The notes beneath the pieces were generated by a model that did no database searches, was not told where the DNA came from, and saw only the letters and a program-made list of their open reading frames with translations. Shown here piece after piece: positions 18,627 to 28,500 of a stretch of DNA of 64,000 nt. The translations under genes were made by a program, and so were the position numbers. The DNA comes from Candidatus Nanoarchaeia archaeon (GTDB lineage Archaea; Nanobdellota; Nanobdellia; Woesearchaeales; ARS49). The stretch is from positions 55,449-119,448 of the forward strand of contig JBGPSD010000002.1 of assembly GCA_041489925.1 (NCBI GenBank), in the 5' to 3' direction. Within the stretch, counting starts at the first letter, position 1; each line of letters opens with the position of its first letter.

Positions 18627-19583
18627 CTAACCAAAATAGTTCTGAAGGCTTAGTTCGACAAGCACAAAAACAACGTAGAACATAATCAATGACATTCCTT
18701 CCCTCCAGGTCAGCCTGTCTCCGCTTGCTGTAAACGTGGCAAATAGGAAGGTTATCGCGATGAGGAATGCCGCGCTTGTTATGAACAGCGTGAATGAGTT
18801 TGTAATCGGGCATATCAGCGCAGCAATTCCAAGCACAACTGTTGAATTGACAACAACGGCTCCGACAAGGTCGCCTATTGCGAGCGTCGAGTGCTTTGAG
18901 AGCACAGCCCTTGCGCTGAATGTGAGGTCAGGAAGTGTTGTTCCAAGCGAGACAAAGAACAGTCCGATAAGCAGGGGCGGCATACCTAGTGCTCCTGCAA
19001 GCTCTGAGCCGTATGCGACTACCCATTTTGCGCTGAAATACAGTGCTGTTGCGCTGGCAAGGAACAGGAGGAATGTGCCGAGCGCAATCCAGTGCGAGTC
19101 CCTTTCCCGCACGTGCTGGTGGAAATTTGCGTGCTTTGAAGTAATCATTTCGTAAAAGTATATTGCGAACGCACCAAGGAGGATAAGCCCGTCAAGCCTT
19201 GAAAGCTCCTTTCCAAGGAACATAAGAAGCATGGGCAATGCCGCGAGCAGCACCATTCCGTACACTTCCTTTCGCATAAACCTGCGCTCCATCCTGATTC
19301 CCCTTGCGAGCACTATTGCTATGCCTGCAACAAGGGTCAGCTCTATTATATTGGAGCCGATAACATTTCCAAGCGAAAGGGCTGGCTTTCCTGCCAGAGC
19401 GGAGTTTATCCCGATGAACAATTCAGGCAGGGAAGTGCAGAAAGCCATCAAAATAAATGCTGCAATGAACTCGTTAATCCTGAGGAATGCTGCAAGCCTT
19501 GAAAGGCTCCTTAGAAGGACAGCACCTGCAATAATGAGGAGTATGCAAGCTCCTAAAAACCAGGCTATTGTTACTATCACCAT
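18627..19583 (-). CDS. Cation:Ca2+ antiporter (YrbG/NCX family)
   Basis: TSLPE...GNVIGSN and GTTLPD...GDLVGA alpha repeats; ~10 TM. Confidence 0.9.
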   Translation of the reverse strand: MVIVTIAWFLGACILLIIAGAVLLRSLSRLAAFLRINEFIAAFILMAFCTSLPELFIGINSALAGKPALSLGNVIGSNIIELTLVAGIAIVLARGIRMERRFMRKEVYGMVLLAALPMLLMFLGKELSRLDGLILLGAFAIYFYEMITSKHANFHQHVRERDSHWIALGTFLLFLASATALYFSAKWVVAYGSELAGALGMPPLLIGLFFVSLGTTLPDLTFSARAVLSKHSTLAIGDLVGAVVVNSTVVLGIAALICPITNSFTLFITSAAFLIAITFLFATFTASGDRLTWREGMSLIMFYVVFVLVELSLQNYFG

Positions 19584-19643
19584 CTTTTTTCACCTCTAAT
19601 GCAGAAAGAAGGTTATTTATACCTTTTGGTCTCGGCAGAGGAT

Positions 19644-20165
19644 ATGCCTCCATACAGGTTCAGTTTTACCGGATTTATAATTGGATGGATTGCAAAGCTG
19701 CTGTATTTTGCGTCGCTCACAACGCTGATTCCTTTTGGCGCGATGCTTTTGACAGCGCGCCCTGCGGAGATTCCAGCCAGTCTCCAGTACCTGCCCTGGA
19801 CTGCGCTTGGGCTTCTGTTCCTCAGCGCTTTTGTCCTGCTTGTTTACCACAGGAATCTTGCGCACACGCTGGCGTCATTGGGATGGATGACTTTGCTTCC
19901 GGGCATTGGCGCCCTTGTTTTCATGATTGTGGACCCGCAAACAGTGCTTGGCTTTATTGCAAAACTTGTTGTTGGCTTTGGAAAGGTTGAGCCGCTTGTT
20001 GAGTCCTACCTGAATGATGTCCTGCCAAAAGTCTGGCTGTTTATCGCGGTTTACATACTGCTTGGCTTTGTCCTGATATCAATCGCAGGAAAGATGGAGA
20101 GTAAGCACGCGCTGATGTCGCATTTCAGGAAGATTTTTGGGCCGCGCGTAAGGTTTTTCCGATAG
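19644..20165 (+). CDS. Polytopic membrane protein
   Basis: About 4 TM; TATA-like TTTATA just upstream; start uncertain (19599 or 19644). Confidence 0.7.
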   Translation: MPPYRFSFTGFIIGWIAKLLYFASLTTLIPFGAMLLTARPAEIPASLQYLPWTALGLLFLSAFVLLVYHRNLAHTLASLGWMTLLPGIGALVFMIVDPQTVLGFIAKLVVGFGKVEPLVESYLNDVLPKVWLFIAVYILLGFVLISIAGKMESKHALMSHFRKIFGPRVRFFR

Positions 20166-21132
20166 TTGCAAGGAGCTTTTCAACGCTTTGCCGCTTTGTT
20201 GTGTCCACATCTGCTGTTTCCTGCCCTGCCTCTTTTTGCGCTGCAGAAACCTGTTCTGGCTTTGCGAGGTCAAGCTTGGTCATTACAATGAGCATCGGCA
20301 TCATGAACAATGCCTGAACCTGGTGAAGGAGCTCAATCTGCGAATTGAGCGGGTAGCCGCAGAATTCTGTCGGGTCAATCACAAACACTATCAGGGTTGC
20401 AAGGTGCTTTAGCGCAAGTATTGCCTGCTTTTCAACAGGGTTTCTCTTTGCGAACGGCTTGTCAAGGAGCCCTGGCGTGTCAATGAACTGAATCTTGTCA
20501 GCATAGCCAAACATAAGCTGCTTTGTGGTGAACGGGTATGGCGCGATTTTGGGATTTGCGCCTGTCAAAGCCTTCAGGAGAGTGCTTTTGCCGACATTGG
20601 GGTAGCCTGCGATGACAACTGTGGGCATGTCTGTTTTTATCGACGGGAATTCCCTGATTGTCCTGCGGCATTCCTCAAGGTATGCAAGCTCTTTTTTTAC
20701 CTGCTTAAGCACGGACGCAGCCCTGCCGTAAAATGCCGCGCGTGTGCTGGTGACATTTCCAAGGTCCCGGGATGCCTTTATCTTGTCGCGCGACAATTTC
20801 GCAATTTTCTTTATCTGCCCTGCCGCCCAGTCAACTGCTCCGAGTGATTTTTTGTATGAGTCAGGGTCCATTGTGCAGTTGACCAGCTCCCTGTAGAAAG
20901 GCGCGAGCTGTTCAAGGCTTGGAAAGCCGTCAACTATCGCCTTAAGCTTTGAAATAAGTATGTCAGAGGAAACAACAATTTTTGTCATTTCAAGGGCGCG
21001 CGACTTAATCAGGCGCGTAAGCCCTTTTCCTTTCAAAGTGCCCCTTGAGCGCCCTGCTGACTGCCGCGCCTTGTGGAATGCGGTTTCAAGAAGCTCATCA
21101 GGAGTGTCAACTTTACCTATTGGAATCCGCAT
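20125..21132 (-). CDS. Nog1-family GTPase
   Basis: GYPNVGKS, PYPFTT, DTPGLLD, TKLD and Nog1 helical N-domain (PFYREL, FYGR). Confidence 0.92.
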   Translation of the reverse strand: MRIPIGKVDTPDELLETAFHKARQSAGRSRGTLKGKGLTRLIKSRALEMTKIVVSSDILISKLKAIVDGFPSLEQLAPFYRELVNCTMDPDSYKKSLGAVDWAAGQIKKIAKLSRDKIKASRDLGNVTSTRAAFYGRAASVLKQVKKELAYLEECRRTIREFPSIKTDMPTVVIAGYPNVGKSTLLKALTGANPKIAPYPFTTKQLMFGYADKIQFIDTPGLLDKPFAKRNPVEKQAILALKHLATLIVFVIDPTEFCGYPLNSQIELLHQVQALFMMPMLIVMTKLDLAKPEQVSAAQKEAGQETADVDTTKRQSVEKLLATIGKTLRAAQKSS

Positions 21133-21171
21133 AAGACGGCAACTGGTGGCAGGGCTTTTAAGACTTTTGCA

Positions 21172-22179
21172 TCAGCCGGGCTTTTGGCCCGTGTACCAGG
21201 TCCAGACTTCCCTCAGGCCTGTTTCAAGTGTTTTCTGCGGCGCATAGCCAAGCGCCTTTGCTTTGGTTATGTCTGCCAGCGATTGCCTTATGTCGCCTGC
21301 CCTTGGCGGCTGGTAAGAAATTGAAAGGTTGTGCTTTGAGAGCTTGATGCAGGCATTTGCAACATTGTTTATTGAGTATGGTTTTCCACTGCCGATATTC
21401 AGGGTCAGGCCCGGCTCCACCTGCTTTTGCTCTATTGCCCACATTATCGCCCTAATAACGTCATCCACGTGCACAAAGTCCCTTATCTGCTTTCCGTCGC
21501 CAAAGACAACAGGCGGCTTGCCTTTTTTAACTGACTGCATGAAATTGGTGATGACGCCTGTGTAAGGCGATGACGGGTCCTGCCTGGGGCCGTAAACATT
21601 GAAAAGCCTGAGTATTACTGTTTCCATTTTGTACTCGCGCGCATACATTCTGGCCAGGCATTCTGTAGAGAATTTTTCCCACGCATAAGGGGAAAGCGGA
21701 TTCGGCTTCGCATCCTCGCTTATCGGCAGCTTTTCAGGGTTGCCATACACTGCTGATGTCGAGGCGATGATTACCCTTTTAATGTTCTTTTCGCGGGCTG
21801 CCTCAAGCAGGTGCGTTGTTGCAGTATTGATGCCCTCGCGGTATTTGTGCGGGTTTTCAATTGATTCAGCAACTGAAATCGGCGCGGCAAGGTGGACAAT
21901 TGCGTCAAACCACTCCGTGGGCTTGCCTTTGTCATCATGCGGGAATTTTTTCTCTATGTTCCTGAGAAATGTCTTTGAGTACAGGACGTCAAGCTCTGCA
22001 ACTTCAGTCGCGTCTTTATCATTGCGCCGGTAAGTGTGTTCAATGTACTTCGCGCGCTGTCTTGAAGCTTCTCCTGCAGAAAGGTTGTCAATGACCTGTA
22101 TTTTGTGGCCGCGCTTGAACAGCTCGCCAACAAGATGGCTTCCTATAAAACCAGCTCCCCCTGTCACCAAAACGTGCAT
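21172..22179 (-). CDS. NAD-dependent nucleotide-sugar epimerase/dehydratase
   Basis: TGGAGFIGS, STSAVYG, YAWEK, FNVYGPRQ, RDFVHVDD. Confidence 0.92.
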   Translation of the reverse strand: MHVLVTGGAGFIGSHLVGELFKRGHKIQVIDNLSAGEASRQRAKYIEHTYRRNDKDATEVAELDVLYSKTFLRNIEKKFPHDDKGKPTEWFDAIVHLAAPISVAESIENPHKYREGINTATTHLLEAAREKNIKRVIIASTSAVYGNPEKLPISEDAKPNPLSPYAWEKFSTECLARMYAREYKMETVILRLFNVYGPRQDPSSPYTGVITNFMQSVKKGKPPVVFGDGKQIRDFVHVDDVIRAIMWAIEQKQVEPGLTLNIGSGKPYSINNVANACIKLSKHNLSISYQPPRAGDIRQSLADITKAKALGYAPQKTLETGLREVWTWYTGQKPG

Positions 22180-22251
22180 TATGCTTTTTACTCGGAAATA
22201 TTTTATATAGGTTGCGGTTTCTTTAAATAGACGGACATATTGGTGGCGTGT

Positions 22252-23046
22252 ATGGTGGGGGATCGTTACGGCCAGAGTTTGGACGTAGGAAAGGAGATTG
22301 AAAAGGAAAAGGAAGAGGAAAAACAGCCTTTGCCCTGCGTATGCACCCCAAAAATAAAGCCGAAAGAGGAATTTTCTGAATCACCGTCGGAAAAGCAGGA
22401 AGAAAAACGGCCTGAACAACCGACAGAACCGGAAGAAAAACAGCCTCCGCAGGAAGAAAAGCCTGTTGAACAAGAGCCGGAAAAGATTTCTGAAGCAACT
22501 GTAGAATCTTCCGCGCAAAAACTGATTGAAGAAGCAAAAGAAGAGCCGCCTGAAAAAGTTCCTGATGACGAGCCTGAAGAAGCCCCTGCAGAGCCAAGGG
22601 TTCCTGACCCTGCTGAAGAGGATGTCAACGAGATTATAACAAAGGATTTTCCTGTTTTGCGCCAGAGAACAAGCGTCTGGGAGACTTTTTTCTCGCACAG
22701 CTGGATTTTTTGGGTTGTGCTTTTTGTTGTGGTTGGCGGAATGTTCTGGGCATGGACTTCTGTGACAAGAGAAGAACGCAGCGAGCCTGTTGGCAATGTG
22801 ATTTTGCCTGCTGACAATACATTCTCATTTAACGCGACATATGAAGAGCTTGTTTTTCCGGAACAGAACATCACTTTGCAAGAAAACATAAAGCCAGTGC
22901 CTGAAACTGCAGTTGCTGAGGATGTAGCGCAGGAAAACATAACACCAGTGCCTGAAACTGCGCCTGTTGAGGATACTGTGCAGGAAAAAACTGACAATTC
23001 CACAGACGAGCTTTCCAAATTGCTCGCAGAAGGTCTTAAGGATTAG
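22252..23046 (+). CDS. Acidic low-complexity single-pass membrane protein
   Basis: E/P/K-rich N-terminus, central TM, acidic repeat tail. Confidence 0.7.
   Translation: MVGDRYGQSLDVGKEIEKEKEEEKQPLPCVCTPKIKPKEEFSESPSEKQEEKRPEQPTEPEEKQPPQEEKPVEQEPEKISEATVESSAQKLIEEAKEEPPEKVPDDEPEEAPAEPRVPDPAEEDVNEIITKDFPVLRQRTSVWETFFSHSWIFWVVLFVVVGGMFWAWTSVTREERSEPVGNVILPADNTFSFNATYEELVFPEQNITLQENIKPVPETAVAEDVAQENITPVPETAPVEDTVQEKTDNSTDELSKLLAEGLKD
22880..22988 (+). repeat. Imperfect 51-bp coding tandem repeat (about 2 units)
   Basis: GAAAACATAA..CCAGTGCCTGAAACTGC at 22882 and 22933 (QENIxPVPETA). Confidence 0.8.
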
Positions 23047-23882
23047 TTTTTCTTCTTTGAATATGCCTCTTTTGCAGCAGAAAGCGCTTCCTGTGCTTCC
23101 TGCGGCGAGATTATGCCATTGTTGTCCTTGTCAGCAAGCAAATACCTGTCAAGGATTTTTTGGTCAGGCAAAGCGCCTTCCTTTGCCTCGCAGAAAAAAA
23201 CATATTCTTTCATTGCCTGCCCTGTTTCCTTGTCATAATGGAGCCTGAAAACACCGTTCTGGCTGACAAACCTTGTGCCAGTATCCAGCTCAAGCAGGGT
23301 TATTCCCTCGTGCCTTGGCGCTGAAGCGCCTGTCGCGCTGGAGAAATACGAGCAGATGCCGTAAGTCATCGCAATCCCTGCTGCTGCATAGCGTAAAATC
23401 CCCCATTTTCTCCGCAGAACTGGCAAATGGCGCTTTAAGTCGTGCTCCTTCTTTTGCAGGTCCTTCTTTAAGCAAGGCTCCCTGATTGTGAATCTTTGGT
23501 GCCTGACGTCAAACTGCCTGTAAGCAGGGTCAACCTGCAGCTGCTTTGTCTGGAGGTCAACGACAGCGCAGGCATGGTATGTGTCTTTGCCAAAGCAGTC
23601 AACATCCACAAATGCGTAATCTGCCTTCAGCCCCATTTCCCTTGCCAGTTCCACATAAAGCACAGCCATGTCAGAGCATATGCCTTTTCCGCGCTCAAGC
23701 ACTTCCTCAGCAGGATATGTCTCATAATCCTTCGTTTCATCCACTGCTTTTGCCCGTTCGTAGTCGTATTCAATGTTTTTAATCATCCAGTCATAGATTA
23801 TCCTTGCCTTGTCCATCGCAGGAGCCATTGGCAGGACGTGCTCTGACAGCTCTTTAACGATTGTTGTTAGTGTTTTGTTCAT
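23043..23882 (-). CDS. Transglutaminase-like protein with TM and C-terminal EF-hand-like motif
   Basis: GICSD, HACA and VDP triad; DKDNNGIISPQE. Confidence 0.85.
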   Translation of the reverse strand: MNKTLTTIVKELSEHVLPMAPAMDKARIIYDWMIKNIEYDYERAKAVDETKDYETYPAEEVLERGKGICSDMAVLYVELAREMGLKADYAFVDVDCFGKDTYHACAVVDLQTKQLQVDPAYRQFDVRHQRFTIREPCLKKDLQKKEHDLKRHLPVLRRKWGILRYAAAGIAMTYGICSYFSSATGASAPRHEGITLLELDTGTRFVSQNGVFRLHYDKETGQAMKEYVFFCEAKEGALPDQKILDRYLLADKDNNGIISPQEAQEALSAAKEAYSKKKN

Positions 23883-24047
23883 TTTTTTATTGCCCCCATA
23901 GCCCCCGAAGGAGCAAGGGGGCAGTCCTCTTGTATTCCAAGGGATTCAGAGAGTAAAGTGAATGGAATTAAAGGCAGTTTTGCTGAAAAAACAGAAGATT
24001 TTCCGGCGAAGTTGCAAGGATTTCCGGTCTGGCGGGAAGAATTTTCA

Positions 24048-24090
24048 GAAAAAGCAGTAAAAAAAGAAAAATTTCCGGATTAGCCGGAAT
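24048..24090 (-). terminator. Hairpin plus U-rich tract after the large operon
   Basis: TTCCGG-ATTAG-CCGGAA (24073-24089) next to the stop at 24091, followed on the minus strand by T-runs. Confidence 0.55.
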
Positions 24091-24699
24091 TTAGTCCTTG
24101 ACCCATCTTAGGTATGCGACAGGGCTTGCAGCCAGCACCCCATAATCAGGGTTGGCAAGCACAAATACTGCGCCAAAGTCAGTTCCTGATGCCTGCCCTG
24201 CAATGTAATAATCAGGGGCGTAGCCGCGGGCAAAGCTTATTTTGTTGTTGGTGTATGAAAGCGGCACTTGTTCGCAGCTCAGGGGCGCTTCAGGGACTTT
24301 GTACGCATAAGTGCAAAGGTATCCGCCGACATACTTTGTCGGGTCCTGCTCGTAATAGCCGGCTATGCCTGAGAATGTGTGTATCTTTTCCTTTTTCAGC
24401 GATATGAAATTGTAGAAATTCATCTCAGGAATTGCAATGCGGTCCACCTGGAAGCCAATAAGTTCTGGAGCAAGCGCGGCTCTTGGAGGGAGATTTTCAG
24501 GGTAATAATCCATCTGGTTTATTCTGATTGATTCCAGCGAGGGATAATTTATGGACGCTGTCTTGAATGTCAATCCCATGTTGTACGGCTCATATGTGCC
24601 GATATAAGCGCCTGTTATTGAGCGGTAGCCCATAAAGAGCATAAGCACCAATGCAACTATGCTTACAATTCCCAAAATGAATATTTCAATTTTGTCCAT
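24091..24699 (-). CDS. N-terminally anchored membrane protein
   Basis: TM followed by SITGAY; overlaps the upstream gene. Confidence 0.75.
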   Translation of the reverse strand: MDKIEIFILGIVSIVALVLMLFMGYRSITGAYIGTYEPYNMGLTFKTASINYPSLESIRINQMDYYPENLPPRAALAPELIGFQVDRIAIPEMNFYNFISLKKEKIHTFSGIAGYYEQDPTKYVGGYLCTYAYKVPEAPLSCEQVPLSYTNNKISFARGYAPDYYIAGQASGTDFGAVFVLANPDYGVLAASPVAYLRWVKD

Positions 24700-25501
24700 G
24701 GCTCATCACCTTGTGCACAGCGGTTATCCAGAGGGTGCGCGTCCACGCGATTGCAGGGAGCGCAACAAGCAGCGCGAATACAGGAATGAGGTAAACGCTT
24801 ATCCTGATGAGGAAAAATGGGATTGTAATTGATAATGCGAGCACAATTGTCCCAAGCACGTGCGCAGGAAGCATTTCTTTCCATTGCGTTATTCCAAGCG
24901 TGAATGTCTGCCTGAAAACATTGTGGGGAACAAGCGCATAAGAGATGAAAACAAAGTATGAATACACCCAGAAAATTATTGCGACGATTACGTTTGCTGT
25001 TTTTGTGCTGAAAAGCGGCAAAGCGCCCATTAGCGCATAATCAATTATGTTCATCGCGATGATTGTGAGAACTAAAAAGCCTGCAAACCAGAACAGTGTC
25101 ATTCCAATGAACTTGGTCGCGAACAGTTTTGTGTCAACAGGCTTTTCTTTCGCGCTTTTGTGCGCCAAAAACCATACACTGCCCTTGCAGACAATCCACG
25201 AAAGCAGTATTCCTGCAAAGAAAAACCCAATGAACTTCAGCAGCTGGCGGTAAGCAGCTGTAAACTCATCTGACTGCAGTACAGCAGGCGGCTCAAGGGT
25301 GTTTGCATCAGCAAGAGCCTGCGCCTGTTCGCCAAGCATTGTCGTCAGTGTCTGCGAATACTCATTTGCCCTGTTCAACAGCGCATAATTCATCTGGTTT
25401 ACAGAAATAAGGAACACAAGGTCAATAACAACAGCCATCACCATAAGCCATTTGTGTGAAACAAACGCATTCCATGATTTGGTTATTGTTGAAAAGGTCA
25501 T
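24686..25501 (-). CDS. Polytopic membrane protein (about 6 TM)
   Basis: Hydrophobic; apparent paralog of 33429..34310. Confidence 0.8.
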   Translation of the reverse strand: MTFSTITKSWNAFVSHKWLMVMAVVIDLVFLISVNQMNYALLNRANEYSQTLTTMLGEQAQALADANTLEPPAVLQSDEFTAAYRQLLKFIGFFFAGILLSWIVCKGSVWFLAHKSAKEKPVDTKLFATKFIGMTLFWFAGFLVLTIIAMNIIDYALMGALPLFSTKTANVIVAIIFWVYSYFVFISYALVPHNVFRQTFTLGITQWKEMLPAHVLGTIVLALSITIPFFLIRISVYLIPVFALLVALPAIAWTRTLWITAVHKVMSHGQN

Positions 25502-25505
25502 TTTA

Positions 25506-28500
25506 TTAAGTTGTGGCGGTGCCTGTTGGGCAACATCTCTGGCCGTTCGTGCAGTCTGTTGGACCTAAATCTTCAATTGGGCAAGTATCTTGGCAGGTCC
25601 CGTATCCTTTACACGTTGTCGTTCCTGCTGGTGTCGAGCTCTTCACCTGATTTATCGTTGCAGTGTACATGCTCTGTGCTTCTTTGAGCTTTGCCGTGAC
25701 ATTGAGTATCTTTTCGTTTGCAAGATCAACGTCAAATTGGCTGCTTTTGTTCATGTCAATCATTGTTTGCTTTACTCCGCCGACATAGTTGCTGACTGCC
25801 TGCATTGCTGTTTGCGCGTCTGTAAACATTGCTTTGTTTGCAGGGTCTGAAAGCATCCCTATCTGGCGGCTGAATTCTGTTATTGCAGCATCATTGCCTG
25901 TCTTGAGAGCGTCCATCTGGACAATGTAGCCGCTGACACGCGCTGCAACTTTTGTCCTGTCGCCTGATTCTGACGCGGGTATTTCAACAAGCCGTTCATT
26001 ATAATTGTTAATAGTTTTAACCTGCATTTCAAGGAAGTAAGCCAGCGATGGAAGCAAAGTAGTATCTTTTGCGCTGATAACAACAGGCTTCTTGCAGCAG
26101 GTGCTTGGGCAGTCAGATGAGCCTGTAATGACGCCTTCCTTGCAGTCGCTCTGCTTTTCCTTGCATTCGCCATTCAGGTCTGCGCAGGCTTTCTTTACCT
26201 GCGCCGGAGTTGTGCACTGCACCTTGAAGTTCACAGATGTTTGCTGCTGCGCCCCATTTTCAGGGTCTGTGCTGACCTGGTTTGTGGGATTGCCCTGCCT
26301 GTCTGCGTCATAGATTGTGAATAGCGCGGTCCAGGTAACAGGTGTGTTTGGATTGCATGCCTGCGTTGCTGCTGCAGCGGATTTTGGCGGCGCGTAAGTC
26401 ACAAGCACCTGCAGTGCCTGAACCTGGAACACCATCCTGTCAAACTCAATTACTCCTGCGACATCATTCCTTCCTGACTTGAATGTGAATGGCGCTGTGT
26501 TTTTCAGCTGGCCAGCTGTCTGCTTGCCCGAGTATATCGGGGTGCTGCCGACTTTAAAGCTAAGCCAGCCGTCTCTTGCGTTTGGCTCGGGGTTTGTGGC
26601 TGCAGGGTTTATCTGCCAAATCTCATAGGTTGATTCTGCAGGGTTTGCACCGTAATTGGGGAAGTTGATGAGGAACTTGTATGTGCCTTGCGATAGTGCT
26701 CCGCCTTCCATCAGGGTCATTGTTGTGACATACGGCTTCAAGGTGTCAACTCCCCAGGTCCTTTGCTGGATTCCTGTCCTTGAAGGCCCTGTTGCCGAAT
26801 GCCTCTTTATAGTGTCCTCGTTGACCTCGAATTTGGCAAGCGGAGAGAAGTCAGTCTCTCCATTAGGCACTGTAAACCTGAAAACTCCGTTAGTGCTGAG
26901 TGTGTATTTCTGGCTCGTGTCTTCGTTTGATGTCTGCAATGGCATCTGCCTTTCATCTGTGAGCAGCCCGTCAACAACATTGCCTGCTGCGTCCTTTATC
27001 TGGTATGTGAGGAACTTCTTTCCAATATTCTGCGACCTCCTGTCTTCAGGGTATGCCTGCTGGAGCTCAAGGCTGAATTTGAGCGGGTCTTTGAGTGCGA
27101 AAACATCCTGCTTTTCAGGATAGACTGGATTTGCGGTCCGTATCCTGATTCCGTTTTCCTGCTCGCCGAACATGCACCTGAACTTTCCGCTGAACGCTTC
27201 AAGCGCGCAGAATGCAGGCGCCTGGCCGCTCAGTGTCTCGCGGATTGAGCAGTCCACCTGGCCTGTGCGCGACTGCCTTGTTGTTGAGTCTGTCCAGTCC
27301 CATGAAAGCACAGCAGTGTCATATCTGTAGCCTGCTGAGTCATAAGCTGTCTGCGGGCTTACAACAAATGGTGAGTCAAAGTTGACCATATCATACTTCT
27401 TTGCCATTCCGTTGCCAAGCTCTGGAGTGCTGACAGGCAGTTCCTGTGTCTTTGCCTGGCAGTCGCACTTGCCGTCAGGGTTTGTCCTTGGGTCGCAGCT
27501 GAATCCAGCGCTGCATTTGAGTGTGAGCCTGTATCTTACGTCCGCGCCTGCAATCAGTCCGCCTGCAATCCTGTATGCCCAGGTTGTGAGTCCTGTCGGG
27601 CTTGTTGTCGGGTCATAGCTGATGAATGTGCGCTCGCAGGTTGTCAATGCCCCTTCTGTGTCAAGCGGGATTTCATTTACCTGCTGCTGGAACAATCCCT
27701 GCATGTTAAGGTCCCATGTGCCTGTGAATGCCCAGATGCAGATTGCGTGGACAAGCTTTCTCTCGCTGAATAGTGATTGGAATGGTCCTGCTGAGCCATA
27801 GCGCTCAGTTACGCTCCTGCTTACTGCTGTTCCTGCGCCTGTGAGCGATCCAAGGACGCTTCCAAAGCCGCCTCCTGCATCCACGCGGCCGCCCACTCCT
27901 GGCGAGTTGAACTTCTGTGTTATGCATGAGATTGCCTCAAATAGCAGGTCGCAGATTGTTCCTGAAAGCTTTGCTGCGCAGAAGCCCTCGCTTCCTTCTC
28001 CTGTCAGTAATATTCTTTGGAAGCAGCCGTAAAACGCGCCAAGCACTGAGCGCCACATTTGCAGGTATCCAACGATTGCAGGCAGGCAGACGCATTCAAT
28101 GCTTCTCAAAAGCCCTGAAGTCGGCCTGACAATATACTGTTGTTCAGACACTCCCACGATTTCATTCACTGAGTTGTATGCTGCCCTTATGTTGCCGTCT
28201 TTCTGGCAGGGGTCAATTCCGTAGCCTGATTTTGTTTTTCCGAGGCACAGTGCAGTGTGCAGGCATTCAACACCGGTGTCTTCTGTTGATTTCTCAGTTG
28301 TCTTTGTTTTTGAAGCGCCTGTTGCAGGTGTTTGCCCAAAGCAGTTCGAGACATCTGTTTCCAGAACCGCAGTAAGCCCTTGTGACAGCCTTAACTGCTG
28401 GTCCTTGTTGACTCCTGCCTCTGTCACTGTCATCTTCTCAAATTGAGGAGTCCTTGCGGCATAGCCTGCATACACTTTGTATTGCCTTTCTGCTGCGCCT

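Noticed and set aside
18589..18813. N-terminal extension of EndoQ in the ORF track
   Set aside because: Overlaps the antiporter gene; homology begins at MKVVADLH.
23925..24050. Replication origin (ORB-like TTCC motifs)
   Set aside because: No convincing ORB consensus and no cdc6/orc1 nearby.
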